A stretch of DNA of 64,000 bases, from contig OX597814.1 in NCBI GenBank assembly GCA_951406725.2, positions 195,176,001 to 195,240,000 on the forward strand, written 5' to 3'. Each line of letters opens with the position of its first letter. The stretch's first letter is position 1. Position numbers and translations under genes: made by a program. This document shows positions 38,774 to 53,746 of the stretch, piece after piece. The notes beneath the pieces are model-generated. The model searched no databases. It worked only from the letters and a program-made list of their open reading frames with translations, and was not told the origin of the DNA. This DNA comes from Octopus vulgaris (lineage: Eukaryota).

Positions 38774-40726
38774 GTATCAGCTACTTTACTTTTTATGCAT
38801 ATTTTTCTCTTAACAGAGTACGATGTGATATGGCATCTGTTTAAGTGATTTGTATTACTTTTAAATATAATTTTAGATTTGGGAGCTTTACTAGTCTCGA
38901 GCTGCTTTTGCATTGTGGGACGGAATAGTGCTTTGTTGATAAATTACCTTGTTTTCGTTTCCTATAGAAAATTGTTTCTCCACACACTGGGAAGTAATCC
39001 TATCTCTAACAATGTTAGGTATTCTAATGCAGTAACTGACTGTTCACGCCCTTTAAACAAACTAACGGCTGAAAAGGAAAATGCATCCCATACTGGGATT
39101 CCACCTCGTCTATAATTCATAGCTGTTGAAATCCACTCAGTGAGGGATCCCTTATCAGTTCCGTGAAAGCAACGTTCTGTGGTACCATTACAAAAGTTCA
39201 AATTCTGATTCATCCATTCCAAAGGATTATCGGAAACCAGTGTGAATCATCGTTGCCACTCTTGTTCAAAAAAGTGCAACCGGTGCTTAATATTTTTCTA
39301 GGGTTACAAGTTCCGACAAGGTCGACTTTGCCTTTTATGTTTTTTTGGTGGAAAATAATAAGTACCAGTTGATGCCTGGGGTCGATGTAACTGACTTAGC
39401 CCCTTCCCCAAACCTGCTGCCCTTGCGCCAAAATTTGAAACCAATATTTTACTTGGTGAATTAGCAGAATCGTTAGCACGCGGAGCAAAGTGCTTCGCAA
39501 CATTTCGCCCTTTTTTCCATTTAGAGTACAAATTTCACGGAGGACTATTTTACTTTTTATTCTTTTGGGGTCAATAAAATAAGTAGCATTTGAGCACTGG
39601 AGATGATATAATCGACTTACTCCCTCCCAGAAAAATTTCAGGCCTTGTGCCAAAGTGGAAAGGATTAACTTATTGCTTATTACAAATCCATAAAAACCGC
39701 CCACAAGAACATGCAGAAATATATCTATAGTTTAATACGGAATAGCACATCCGTTTACTTTCTTGAAAAAAAAAATTCCTTTGAGCAAACAATCGGATTA
39801 TTATTTTCTTGCATCAAGAAATATCGCTGTTGTCCCATTCGCGTTTCAGAGTTTCCCAATATTTATTAGAGACAGTAAATTTTCTTGTGAGAAGATCATG
39901 CCCAGAGCTTGTCTTAGTATTGTACACGGGATTAAAAACTGAGCTCTGACAAGTCTGAGCTCTGACGATATTCAAGGAATTTTCAAAGAACTACTTTTTA
40001 GTTGCTTCTGCAGTGTGGAGAAGTGTTGCTGTGTTGAAAAATTACTATGATTTTAGCTAATCACAAAAATCTCTATAAAAGATGAAAGCAGTAACTATAC
40101 TGGGAAGCAATGATTAATGCCACTTTAACATGGCTGTTCCGTAGAAAGCGACGTTACCGTTATTTGAAGACGATGAGAACTCCTCCCGCAGCTGGTTATT
40201 CGATGCAATCTGCATCCGATATATATTGCAAGCATGGTGTGAATCCCTACCATGTTAAAACCATGAGATCACCAGACGGCACGGTTACGTCCTATATGCG
40301 GTCATACTCTGTGATGGAGTTAGTTCCTTTCTTGAAGTTGCTGGCATTGTGCCAACATTTGAAAATAATTTTTATGTTTACATTACGTTTCCATCAATTA
40401 CAACGGAATTCACTTTTCATAGTTTCCCAAAATTCATCAGAGATGTCAAATTTCTTGTAACAAGATCGTAGCAAATGCATGCGAAAATATTCTCTACGTG
40501 ATTTATACTGGAGCACTGACTTGTCCAGAACACGATATTCACTGAGTTTTTCACGAACTATTTAAAAGATGTATTTATAGTGTGAGCAGGAGAACAGCTT
40601 CGTTGAAAAAATTATTTTGTGTTTTGTCCACGAAATTGATTTGTTCACGTTGGGAAATAATCGTGTTCTACCGCCAGTATTCTTGATAGAGATAATTGGC
40701 AAGCTAAACGGGCAGATGGTCTGTCA

Positions 40727-40798
40727 GCCGTGATCGTCTAGTGGTTAGGACCCCACGTTGTGGCCGTGGTAGCCCAGGTTCGAATCCTGGTCACGGCA
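40727..40798 (+). tRNA. trnH-GUG: tRNA-His(GTG) variant
   Basis: Variable loop TAGC; A-1. Confidence 0.92.
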
Positions 40799-41907
40799 GA
40801 ACGACTAATTTATTTTTCATACATGTTTGTCTCTTTTTATTGATTTTCTTAATATACTGCAATGTAATATCGCAGCGACCTCTGTTTAAGTTATTTGTTA
40901 TATTTTTAGGTTATAATTTTACATTTCAATGTTTTTCTGAGAGGAAGCACATCTCTAATTTCGCAGTGTGGGTCGGAATATTGCTTTGTTGATAAATTAC
41001 TTTGCTTTTGTTTTCTCCAGGAAATCGTTTCTTCACACAGGGAAGTAATAATTTCTCTAAGAATTTTAGGTATTCCAATGCAGTAATTGACTGTTCACGC
41101 CCAGTAAACAAATTAAGGGCTGAAGAGGAAAATGCATCCCATACTAGGATTCCACCTGGTCTACGATTCGTAGCTGTTGAAATCCACTCATAGAGAGGTG
41201 TCTCTTATCGGTTCTGTGAAGGCAACGTTCAGTGGTACCATTACAATGCTCAAATCTTGATTCGTCCACTCCAGCTGATTTCTGAAACCAGTCTGAGTCA
41301 TCGTTACCCTCCTTGGCCAAAACAGTTCAACCAGTGCTTAATATTTCTCTAGGTGAACAAGTTCCGCCGAGGTCGACTTTGCCTTTCATGTTTTTGTGGT
41401 GGAAAATAATAAGTACCAGTTGATCATTGGGGTCGATGTAACTGACTTAGTCCATTCCTCGAACCTGCTGCCCTTGTGCCAAAATTCGAAACCAATATTT
41501 TTCTTGGTTAACTGACAGAACCGTTAGCACGCCGGGCAAAGTGCTTAGCAACATTTCGCCATTTTGAGTTCAAAGTTCGCTAAGGACTATTGGGATAAGT
41601 ACCAGTTGAGAAATGGAATTAATATAATCGACGTACTCCATCCCAGAAAAAAATTAGGCCTTGTGCTTTCTCATAGAATAGATTATCCTATTAAAAATTG
41701 ATTTTCCAGAGCATGATATTAATTGAGTCTTTCGCGAATTATTTTCAGATGCTTTTACAGTGTGAGCAGGAGAAAAGCTTCGTTGAAAAAACTACTTTGT
41801 GCTTTTGTCCAAGAAATTGCATTGTTCACCCTGGGAAATAATCGTATTCTACTGCCAATATTTTAAATATAGATAATTGAAAGCTTAATTCAACAGCCGG
41901 TCTCTCG

Positions 41908-41979
41908 GCCGTGATCGTCTAGTGGTTAGGACCCCACGTTGTGGCCGTGGTAACCCAGGTTCGAATCCTGGTCACGGCA
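41908..41979 (+). tRNA. trnH-GUG: tRNA-His(GTG), consensus, G-1
   Basis: Exact consensus. Confidence 0.97.
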
Positions 41980-42629
41980 GACCGGCTAATTTAATTTTCA
42001 TACATATTTTTCTCTTTTTATTGATTTTCTTAATATACTGCAATGTAATATCACAGCGACCTCTGTTTAAGTTATTTGTTATATTTTTAGGTTATAATTT
42101 TACATTTCAATGTTTTTCTGAGAGGAAGCACGTCTCTAATTTCGCAGTGTGGGTCGGAATATTGCTTTGTTGATAAATTACTTTGCTTTTGTTTTCTCCA
42201 GGAAATCGTTTCTTCACACAGGGAAGTAATAATTTCTCTAAGAATTTTAGGTATTCCAATGCAGTAATTGACTGTTCACGCCCAGTAAACAAACTAACAG
42301 CTGAAGAGGAAAATGCATCCCATACTAGGATTCCACCTGGTCTACGATTCGTAGCTGTTGAAATCCACTCATAGAGAGGTGTCTCTTATCGGTTCTGTGA
42401 AGGCAACGTTCAGTGGTACTATTACAAGGCTCAAATTTTGATTCGTCCACTCCAGCTGACTTCTGAAACCAGTCTGAGTCATCGTTACCCTCCTTGGCCA
42501 AAACAGTTCAACCAGTGCTTAATATTTCTCTAGGTGAACAAGTTCCGCCGAGGTCGATTTTGCCTTTCATGTTTTTGTGGTGGAAAATAATAAGTACCAG
42601 TTGATCATTGGGGTCGATGTAACTGACTT

Positions 42630-42652
42630 AGGTTCGAATCCTGGTCACGCCA
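42630..42652 (+). pseudogene. tRNA-His 3' fragment at a deletion junction
   Basis: Identical junction to 31801. Confidence 0.8.
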
Positions 42653-43656
42653 GAATGGCTAATTTAATTTTCATACACATTTTTCTCTTTTTACTGATTT
42701 TCTTAATATACTGCAATGTAATATCACAGCGACCTCTGTTTAAGTTATTTGTTATATTTTTAGGTTATAATTTTAGATTTCAATGTTTTTCTGAGAGCAA
42801 GCACGTCTCTAATTTCGCACTGTGGGCCGGAATATTGCTTTGTTGATAAATTACTTTGCTTTTGTTTTCTCCAGGAAATCGTTTCTTCTCACAGGGAAGT
42901 AATCCTATCTCTAAGAATTTTAAGTATTCCAATGCAGTAATTGACTGTTCACGCCCAGTAAACAAACTAAGGGCTGCAAAGGAAAATGCATCCCATACTA
43001 GGATTCCACCTAGTCTACGGTTCTGTGGAGGTAACGTTCTGTGGTACTATTACAAGGCTCAAATCTTGATTCGTCCACTCCAGAGGACTTTCTGAAACCA
43101 GTCTGAGCCATCGTTATCACACTTGTCCAAAAAATGCAACTGGTGCTTAATATTTCTCTAGGTGAACAAGTTCCGCCGAGGTCGACTTTGCCTTTCATGT
43201 TTTTGTGGTGGAAAAAAAATAAGTACCAGTTGATCACTGGGGTCGATGTAACTGACTTAGTCCTTCTTCGAACCTGCTGCCCTTGTGCCAAAATTCGAAA
43301 CCAATATTTTTCTTGGTGAACTGGCAGAATCGTTAGCTCGCCGGGCAAAGTGCTTAGCAACATTTCGCTGAGGACTATTTTAATTTTCATCCTTTTGGGC
43401 TGAATAATATAAGTACCAGTTGAGCACTGGAGTTGATATAATCGACTTACTCCCTCCCGGAAAAATGTCAGGCCTTGTGCCAAAGTAGAAAGGATTAACC
43501 TATTACATATTACAAAGCTGTTCACAGCTTCGTTGAAAAAATTATTTTGTGTTTTGTCCGCGAAATTGATTTGTTCACCCTGGGAAAGAATCGTGTTCTA
43601 CCGCCAGTATTCTAGATAGAGATATTTGGATAGCTAATCGAGCAGCTGGTCTGTCA

Positions 43657-43728
43657 GCCGTGATCGTCTAGTGGTTAGGACCCCACGTTGTGGCCGTGGT
43701 AACCCAGGTTCGAATCCTGGTCACGGCA
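43657..43728 (+). tRNA. trnH-GUG: tRNA-His(GTG), consensus
   Basis: Exact consensus; A-1. Confidence 0.97.
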
Positions 43729-45690
43729 GTATCAGCTACTTTACTTTACTTTACTTTTTATGTATATTTTTCTGTTAACAGGGTACGATGTGATATGGCA
43801 TCTGTTTAAGTTATTTGTATTACTTTTAAATATAATTTTAGATTTGGGAGCTTTACTAGTCGCGAGTTACTTTTGCATTGTGGAATGGAATATTACTTTG
43901 TTGATAAATTACTTTGTTTTTGTTTCCTGTAGAAAATGGTTTCTTCACGCTGGGAATTAAACGTATCTCTAACAATGTTAGGTATTTCAATGCAGTAATT
44001 GACTGTTCACGCCCTTTAAACAAACAACTAACGGCTGCAGAGGAAAATGCATCCCATACTGGGATTCCAGTTCGTCTATAATTCATAGGTATTGAAATCC
44101 ACTCAGTGAGGGATCTCTCATCGGTTCGGTGAAAGCAACGTTCTGTGGTACCATTACAAAAGTTCGAATTCTGATTCATCCATTCCAAAGGACTTTCGGA
44201 AACCAGTCTGAATCATCGTTGCGACACTTGTTCAAAAAAGTGCAACCGTTGCTTAATATTTTTCTAGAGTAACAAGTTCCGCCGACGTCGACTTTGCCTT
44301 TCATGTCTTTGTGTTGGAAAATAATAAGTACCAGTTGATCACTGGGGTCGATGTAACTGACTTAGCCCCTTCCCCAAACCTGCTGCTCTTGCGCCAAAAT
44401 TTGAAACCAATATTTTACTTGGTGAATTAGCAGAATCGTTAGCACGTGGAGCAAAGTGCTTCGCAACATTTCGCTCTTCTTTCCATTTCGAGTTCAAATT
44501 TCGCCGAGGACTATTTTACTTTTTATTCTTTTGGGGTCAATAAATTAAGTAGCATTTGAACACTGGAAATGATATAATCGACTTACTTCCTCTCAGAAAA
44601 ATTTCAGGCCTTGTGCCAAAGTAGAAAGATTAATTTATTGCTTATTACAAATCCATAAAAAACACCCACAAGAACATGCAGAAATAAATCTATAGTTTAA
44701 TACGGAATAGCACATCCGTTTCCTTTCTTGAAAAAAAAACCCCATTCCTTAGAGCAAACTATCGGATTATTATTTTCTTGCATCAAGAAATATCACTGTT
44801 GTCCCATTCGCATTTCAGAGTTTCCCAATATTTATTAGAGACAGTAAAATTCTTGTGAGAAGATCATGCCCAGAGCGTGTCATAATACTCTCTACAGGAT
44901 TAAAACTGAACTCTGACAAGTCCACAATACGATATTCAAGGAATTTTCAAAGATCTACTTTTCAGTTGCTTCTGCAGCGTGGAGAAGTGTTGCTGTGTTG
45001 AAAAATTACTTTGATTTTAGCTAATTAGAAAATCTCTATAAAAGATGAAATCAGTAACTATACTGGGAAGCAACGTTTAATGCCACTTTAACATGGCTGT
45101 TCCGTAGAAAGCGACGTTACCGTTATTTGAAGACGATGAGAACTCCTCCTGCAGCTGGTTATTCGATGCAATCTGCATCCGATATATATTGCAAGCAAGG
45201 GAGTGAACCCTTACCATGTTAAAACCATGAGATCACCAGACGGCACGGTTACGTCCTATATGCGGTCATACTCTGTGATGGATTTAGTTCCTCTCTTGAA
45301 GTTGCTGGCATTGTACCAACATTTGAAAATAATATTTATGTTTACATTACGTTTCCATCAATTACAATGCCATTCGCTTTTCATAGTTTCCCAAAATTCA
45401 TCAGAGATGTCAAATTTCTTGTAACAAGATCGTAGCAAATGCATGCGAAAATATTCTCTACGTGATTCAAACGTGAGCACTGACTTGTCCAGAAAACGAT
45501 ATTCACTGAGTTTTTCCCGAATTATTTTCAGGATGTTTTGACAGTGCGAGCAGGAAAATAGCTTCGTTGACAAAATTATTTTGTGTTTTGTCCGCGAAAT
45601 CGATTAGTTCACGTTGGGAAATAATCGTATTCTACCGCCAGTATTCTAGATAGAGATAATTGGGAAGCAGTTCCAGCAGCTGATCTCTCG

Positions 45691-45762
45691 GCCGTGATCG
45701 TCTAGTGGTTAGGACCCCACGTTGTGGTCGTGGTAACCCAGGTTCGAATCCTGGTCACGGCA
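45691..45762 (+). tRNA. trnH-GUG: tRNA-His(GTG) variant, G-1
   Basis: Anticodon loop TTGTGGT. Confidence 0.92.
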
Positions 45763-47702
45763 GACCGGTTAATTTAATTTTCATACACATTTTTCTCTTT
45801 TTACTGATTTTCTTAATATACTGCAATGTAATATCACAGCGACCTCTGTTTAAGTTATTTGTTATATTTTTAGGTTATAATTTTAGATTTCAATGTTTTT
45901 CTGAGAGCAAGCACGTCTCTAATTTCGCACTGTGGGCCGGAATATTGCTGTTTTGATAAATTACTTTGCTTTTGTTTTCTCCAGGAAATGGTTTCTTCAC
46001 GCTGGGAATTATACGTATCTCTAACAATGTTCGGTATTCCAATGCAGTAATTGACTGATCACGTCCTATAAACAAACTTAGGACTGCAGAGGAAAATGCA
46101 TCCAATAGTGGGGTTCCACCTGGTTTACGATTCGTAGCTGTTGAAATCCACTCACAGAGAGGTATCACTTATCGGTTCTGTAAAAGCAACGTTCTGTGGT
46201 ACCATTACAAGGCTCAAATCTTGATTCGTCCTCTCCAGAGTACTTTCTGAAACCAGTCTGAGTCATCGTTACCCTCCTTGGCCAAAAAAGTGCAACCGGT
46301 GCTTAATATTTTTCTAGGTGAACAAATTCCGCCGAGGTCGACTTTGCCTTTCATGTTTTTGTAGTGGAAAATAATAAGTACCAGTTGATCACTGGGGTCG
46401 ATGTAACTGACTTAACCCCTTCCTCAAACCTGCTGCCCTTATGCCAAAATTTGAAACCAATGTTTTACTCGGTGAATTTGCAGAATCGTTAGCACGCGGA
46501 TCAAAGTGCTTCGCAACATTTCGCCCTTCTTCCCATTTTACGTTGAAATTTTGCTGAGGATTATTTTAATTTTCATCCTTTTAGGCTGAATAATATAAGT
46601 ACCAGTTGAGCACTGGAGTTGATAAAATCGACTTACTCCCTCCCAGAAAAATTTCAGGTCTTGAGCCTTTCAGAGAAAGGATTATTTTATTATGTATTAC
46701 AAATCCATAAAAAAACACCCACAAGAACATACACAAATAAATCTATTGTTTAATATGGAATAATATATCCATTTCCTCTCTTAAAAAAACCCCATTCCTT
46801 TGAACAAACTATCGGATTATTATTTTCTTGCACCAAGAAATATCGCTGTTGTCCCATTCGCGTTTCACAGTTTTGAGATCGTAAATTTTCTTGTAAGAAG
46901 ATCATGCCGGGATTAAAAACTAAGCTCTGACAAGTCCACAATACGATATTAAAGGAATTTTCAAAGATCTACTTTTCAGTTGTTTCTGCAGTGTGGAGAA
47001 GTGTTGCTGTGTTGAAAAATTACTTTGATTTTAGCTAATTAGAAAATCCCTATAAAAGATGAAAGCAATAACTATACTGGGGAGCATTGATTAATGCCAC
47101 TTTAACATGGCTGTTCCGAAGGAAGCGACGTTATCGTTAATTGAAGCCGATGGGAACTCCTCCTGCAGCTGGTTATTCGATGCAATCTCCATCCGATATA
47201 TACTGCAAGCAAGGGAGTGAACCCCTACCATGATAAAACCACGAGATCACCAGACGGCACGGTTACGTCCTTTATGCGGTTATACTCTGTGATGGACATA
47301 GTTCCTTCCCTGAAGTTGCTGGCATTGTACCACCATTTGAACTCAATATTTATATCAGCATTACGTTTCCATCAATTACAACGCCATTCACTTTTCATAG
47401 TTTCCCAAAACTCGTCAGAGATGTCAAATTTCTTGTAACAAGATCGTACCCAATGCATGCGAAAATATTCTCTACGTGATTCAAACGTGAGCACTGATTT
47501 GTCCAGAAAACGATATTCACTGAGTTTTTCCCGAATTATTTTCAGGATGTTTTTACAGTGTGAGCAGGAGAACAGCTTCGCTGAAAAAAATTTTGTGTTT
47601 TGTCGGCGAAATTGATTTGTTCACTGTGGGAAATAATCATATTCTACTGCCAGTATTCTAGATAGAGATAATTGGAAAGCCGAGCCAGCAGCTGGTCTCT
47701 CG

Positions 47703-47774
47703 GCCGTGATCGTCTAGAGGTTTGGACCCCACGTTGTGGCCGTGGTAACCCAGGTTCGAATCCTGGTCACGGCA
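47703..47774 (+). tRNA. trnH-GUG: tRNA-His(GTG) variant, G-1
   Basis: D loop TAGAGGTTTGG (2 changes in the A-box region). Confidence 0.8.
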
Positions 47775-49618
47775 GTATCAGCTAGTTTACTTTTTCATAC
47801 ATATTTTTCTCTTTTTATTGATTTTCTTAATAGAGTACGATGTGATATGGCAGCGACATCTGTTTAATCTATTTGTATTACTTTTTTATATATAATTTTA
47901 GATTTGGAAGTTTCACTAGTCTCGAGCATCACTCTGCTTTTGCATTGTGGGACGGAATATTTCTTTGTTGATAAATTACCTTGTTTTCGTTTCCTATAGA
48001 AAATGGTTTCTTCACGCTGGGAATTAAACGTATCTCTAACAATGTTAGGTATTCCAATGCAGTAATTGACTGTTCACGCCCTTTAAACAAACTAACAGCT
48101 GCAGAGGAACATGCATCCCATACTAGGATTACACCACGTCTATAATTCATAGCTGTTGAAATCCACTCAGTGAGGGATCCCTTATCAGTTCTGTGAAAGC
48201 AACGTTCTGTGGTACTATTACAAATGTTCGAATTCTGATTCATCCATTCCAAAGGACTTTCGGAAACCAGTCTGATCATCGTTGCCACTCTTGTTAAAAA
48301 AAATGCAACTGGTGCTTAATATTTTTCTAGGGTAACAAGTTCCGACAAGGTCGACTTTGCCTTTCATGTTTTTGTGGTGGAAAATAATAAGTACCAGTTG
48401 ATGCCTGGGGTCGATGTAACTGACTTAGCCCCTTCTTCGAACCTGCTGCCCTTGCGCCAAAATTTGAAACCAATATTTTACTTGGTGAATTAGCAGAATC
48501 GTTAGCACGCGGAGCAAAGTGCTTCGCAACATTTCGCACTTTTTTCCATTTCGAGTACAAATTTCGAGGATTATTTTACTTTTTATTCTTTTGGGGTCAA
48601 TAAAATAAGTAGCATTTGAGCACTGGAGATGATATAATCGACTTACTCCCTCCCAGAAAAATTTCAGGCCTTGTGCCAAAGTAGAAAGGATTAACTTATT
48701 GCTTATCACAAATCCATAAAAACCGCCAACAAGAACATGCAGAAATAAATCTATAGTTTAATACGGAATAGCACATCCGTTTACTTTCTTGAAACTATCG
48801 GATTATTATTTTCTTGCATCAAGAAATATCGCTGTTGTCCCATTCGCGTTCCAGAGATTCTCAATATTTATTAGAGACAGTAAATTTTCTTGTGAGAAGA
48901 TCATGCCCAGAGCATGTCTTAGTATTGTACACAATACGATATGTCCACAATACGATATTCAAGGAATTTTCAAAGATCTACTTTTCAGTTGCTTCTGCAG
49001 TGTGGTCAAGTGTTGCTTTGTTGAAAAATTACTTTGATTTTAGCTAATTAGAAAATCCCTATAAAAGATGAAAGCAGTAACTATACTAGGAAGCAATGCT
49101 TTATGCCACTTTAACATGGCTGTTCCGTAGAAAGCGACTTTACCGTTATTTGAAGCCGATGGGAATTTATCCTGCAGCTGGTTATTCGATGTAATCTGCA
49201 TCCGATATATACTGCAAGCAGGGGAGTGAACCCGTACTATGATATAGCCACGAGATCACCAGACGGCACGGTTACGACCTATATGTTGTCATACTCTGTG
49301 ATGGACTTAGTTCCTTCTTTGAAGTTGTTGGCATTGTGCCAACATTTGAAAACAATATCGTATCGAATGCATACGAAAATATTATCTACGTGATTCATAC
49401 TTGAGCACTGACTTGTCCAGAAAACGATATTCACTGAGTTTTTCACGAACTATTTACAAGATGTATTTACAGTGTGAGCAGGAGAACAGCTTCGTTGAAA
49501 AAATTATTTTGTGTTTTGTCCACGAAATTGATTTGTCCACCCTGGGAAATAATCGTGTTCTACCGCCAGTATTCTAGATAGAGATAATTGGATAGCTAAT
49601 CGAGCAGCTGGTCTCTCA

Positions 49619-49690
49619 GCCGTGATCGTCTAGTGGTTAGGACACCACGTTGTGGCCGTGGTAACCCAGGTTCAAATCCTGGTCACGGCA
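49619..49690 (+). tRNA. trnH-GUG: tRNA-His(GTG) variant
   Basis: GGACACCACG and TTCAAAT; stems intact. Confidence 0.9.
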
Positions 49691-51641
49691 GTATCAGCTA
49701 CTTTACTTTTTATGTATATTTTTCTGTTAACAGAGTACGATGTGATATGGCATCTGTTTAAGTGATTTGTATTACTATTAAATATAATTTTAGATTTAGG
49801 AGCTTTACTAGTCGTGAGTTACTTTTGCATTGTGGGACGGAATATTTCTTTGTTGATAAATTACTTTGTTTTTGTTTCCTGTAGAAAATGGTTTCTTCAC
49901 GCTGGGAATTAAACGTATCTCTAACAATGTTAGGTATTCCAATGCAGTAATTGACTGTTCACACCCTTTAAACAAACAAATAACGGGTGCAGAGGAAAAT
50001 GCATCCCATATTGGGATTCCACCTTGTCTATAATTCATAGGTATTGAAATCCACTCAGTGAGGGATCCCTTATCAGTTCTGTGAAAGCAACGTTCTGTGG
50101 TACCATTACAAAAGTTCGAATTCTGATTCATCCATTCCAAAGGACTTTCGGAAACAAGTCTGAATCATCGTTACCACTCTTGTTCAAAAAAGTGCAACCG
50201 TTGCTTAATATTTTTCTAGGGTAACAAGTTCCGACGAGGTCGACTTTGCCTTTTATGTTTTTGTGGTGGAAAATAATAAGTACCAGTTGATCCCTGGGGT
50301 CGATGTAACTGACTTATCCCCTTCCCCAAACCTGCTGCCCTTGGGCCAAAATTTGAAACCAATATTTTACTTGGTGAATTAGCAGAATCGTTAGCACGTG
50401 GAGCAAAGTGCTTCGCAACATTTCGCTCTTCTTTCCATTTCGAGTTCAAATTTCGCGGAGGATTATTTTACTTTTTATTCTTTTGGGGTCAATAAAATAA
50501 GTAGTATTTGAGCACTGGAGATGATATAATCGACTTACTCACTCCCAGAAAAATTTCAGGCCTTGTGCCAAAAGTAGAAAGATTAATTTATTGCTTATTA
50601 CAAATCCATAAAAAACACCCACAAGAACATGCAGAAATAAATCTATAGTTTAATACGGAATAGCACATCCGTTTCCTTTCTTGAAAAAAAAAAAAATTCC
50701 TTTGAACAAACTATCGGATTATTATTTTCTTGCATCAAGAAATATCGCTGTTGTCCCATTCGGGTTTCAGAGTTTCCCAATATTTATTAGACAGTAAATT
50801 TTCTTGTGAGAAGAACATGCCCAGAGCATGTCATAATATTCTATACGGGATTAAAACTGAGCTCTGACAAGTCTGAGCTCTGACGATATTCAAGGAATTT
50901 TCAAAGATCTACTTTTCAGTTGCCTCTGCAGCGTGGAGAAGTGTTGCTGTGTTGAAAAATTACTATGATTTTAGTTATTAGAAAATCTCTATAAAAGATG
51001 AAATCAGTAACTGTACTGGGGAACAATGCTTTATGCCACTTTAACATGGCTGTTTCATAGAAAGCGATGTAAACGTTATTTGAAGCCGATGAGAACTCCT
51101 TCTGCAGCTGGTTATTCGATGCAATCTGCATCCGATATATATTGCAAGCAAGGGAGTGAACCCCTACCATGATAAAACCATGAGATCACCAGACGGCACG
51201 GTTACGTTATATGCGGTCATACTCTGTGATGGACTTAGTTCCTTCTTTGAAGTTGCTGGCATTGTGCCAACATTTGAACCCAATATTTATGTTTACATTA
51301 CGTTTCCATCAATTACAATGCCATTCGCTTTTCATAGTTTCCCAAATTGCATCAGAGATGTCAAGTTTCTTGTAACAAGATCGTACCCAATGCATGCGAA
51401 AATATTCTCTATGTGATTCATACTTGAGCACTGACTTGTCCAGAAAACGATATTCACTGAGTTTTTCACGAACTATTTACAAGATGTATTTACAGTGTGA
51501 GCAGGAGAACAGCTTCGTTGAAAAAATTATTTTGTGTTTTGTCCACGAAATTGATTTGTCCACCCTGGGAAATAATCGTGTTCTACCGCCAGTATTCTAG
51601 ATAGAGATAATTGGATAGCTAATCGAGCAGCTGGTCTCTCA

Positions 51642-51713
51642 GCCGTGATCGTCTAGTGGTTAGGATCCCACGTTGTGGCCGTGGTAACCCAGGTTCAAAT
51701 CCTGGTCACGGCA
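51642..51713 (+). tRNA. trnH-GUG: tRNA-His(GTG) variant
   Basis: GGATCCCACG (D-stem wobble) and TTCAAAT. Confidence 0.88.
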
Positions 51714-53674
51714 GTATCAGCTACTTTACTTTTTATGTATATTTTTCTCTTAACAGAGTACGATGTGATATGGCATCTGTTTAAGTGATTTGTATTACTG
51801 TTAAATATAATTTTAGATTTAGGAGCTTTACTAGTCGTGAGTTACTTTTGCATTGTGGGACGGAATATTTCTTTGTTGATAAATTACTTTGTTTTTGTTT
51901 CCTGTAGAAAATGGTTTCTTCAAGCTGGGAATTAAACGTATCTCTAACAATGTTAGGTATTCCAATGCAGTAATTGACTGTTCACACCCTTTAAACAAAC
52001 AAATAACGGGTGCAGAGGAAAATGCATCCCATATTGGGATTCCACCTTGTCTATAATTCATAGGTATTGAAATCCACTCAGTGAGGGATCCCTTATCAGT
52101 TCTGTGAAAGCAACGTTCTGTGGTACCATTAACAGGCTCAAATCTTGATTCGTCCTCTCCAGAGTACTTTCTGAAACCAGTCTGAGTCATCGTTACCCTC
52201 CTTGGCCAAAAAAGTGCAACCGGTGCTTAATATTTTTCTAGGGTAACAAGTTCCGACAAGGTCGACTTTGCCTTTTATGTTTTTGTGGTGGAAAATAATA
52301 AGTACCAGTTGATCCCTTGGGGTCGATGTAACTGACTTATCCCCTTCCCCAAACCTGCTGCCCTTGGGCCAAAATTTGAAACCAATATTTTACTTGGTGA
52401 ATTAGCAGAATCGTTAGAACGTGGAGCAAAGTGCTTCGCAACATTTCGCCCTTCTTTCCATTTCGAGTTCAAATTTCGCGGAGGATTATTTTACTTTTTA
52501 TTCTTTTGGGGTCAATAAATTAAGTAGCATTTGAACACTGGGAATGATATAATCGACTTACTTCCTCTCAGAAAAATTTCAGGCCTTGTGCCAAAGTAGA
52601 AAGGATTAGCTTATTGCTTATTACAAATCCATAAAAACCGCCCACAAGAACATGCAGAAATAAATCTATATTCTAACAAGGAATAACACAAACGTTTCCT
52701 TTCTTGAAAAGAAAAAAAAACCCCATTCCTTTGAGCAAACTATCGGATTATTATTTTCTTGCATCAAGATATATCGCTGTAGTCCCATTCGCGTTTCAGA
52801 GTTTCCCAATATTTATTAGAGACAGTAAATTTTCTTGTGAGAAGATTATGCCCAGAGCTTGTCTTAGTATTGTACACGGGATTAAAAACTGAGCTCTGAC
52901 AAGTCTGAGCTCTGACGATATTCAAGGAATTTTCAAAGAACTACTTTTTAGTTGCTTCTGTAGTGTGGACAAGTGTTGCTGTGTTGAAAATTACTTTGAT
53001 TTTAGCTAATTAGAAAATCTCTATAAAAGATGAAAGCAGTAACTATACTGGGAAGCAATGATTAATGCCACTTTAACATGGCTGTTCCGTAGAAAGCGAC
53101 GTTACCGTTATTTGAAGACGATGAGAACTCCTCCCGCAGCTGGTTATTCGATGCAATCTGCATCCGATATATATTGCAAGCAAGGGAGTGAACCCTACCA
53201 TGATAAAACCATGAGATCACCAGACGGCACGGTTACGTCCTATATGCGGTCATACTCTCTGATGGACTTTGTTCCTTCCCTGAAGTTGCTGGCATTGTGC
53301 CAACATTTGAACACAATATTTATATCTGCATTACGTTTCCATCAATTACAACGCCATTCACTTTTCATAGTTTCCCAAAACTCGTCAGAGATGTCAAATT
53401 TCTTGTAAGAAGATCGTAGCAAATGCATGCGAAAATATTCTCTACGTGATTCAAACGTGAGCACTGACTTGTCCAGAAAACGATATTCACTGAGTTTTTT
53501 ACGAATTATTTTCAGGATGTTTTTACAGTGTGAGCTGGAGAACAGCTTCGTTGAAAAAGTTATTTTGTGTTTTGTCAGAGAAATTGATCTAATCACTCTG
53601 GGAAATAATCATATTCTACTGCCAGTATTCTAGATAGAGATAATTGGAAAGCCGAGCCAGCAGCTGGTCTCTCG

Positions 53675-53746
53675 ACCGTGATCGTCTAGTTGTTAGGACC
53701 TCACGTTGTGGCCGTGGTAACCCAGGTTCGAATCCTGGTCACGGCA
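53675..53746 (+). tRNA. trnH-GUG: tRNA-His(GTG) variant, likely defective
   Basis: G1>A, D-loop GG>TG, anticodon-stem C>T. Confidence 0.6.
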
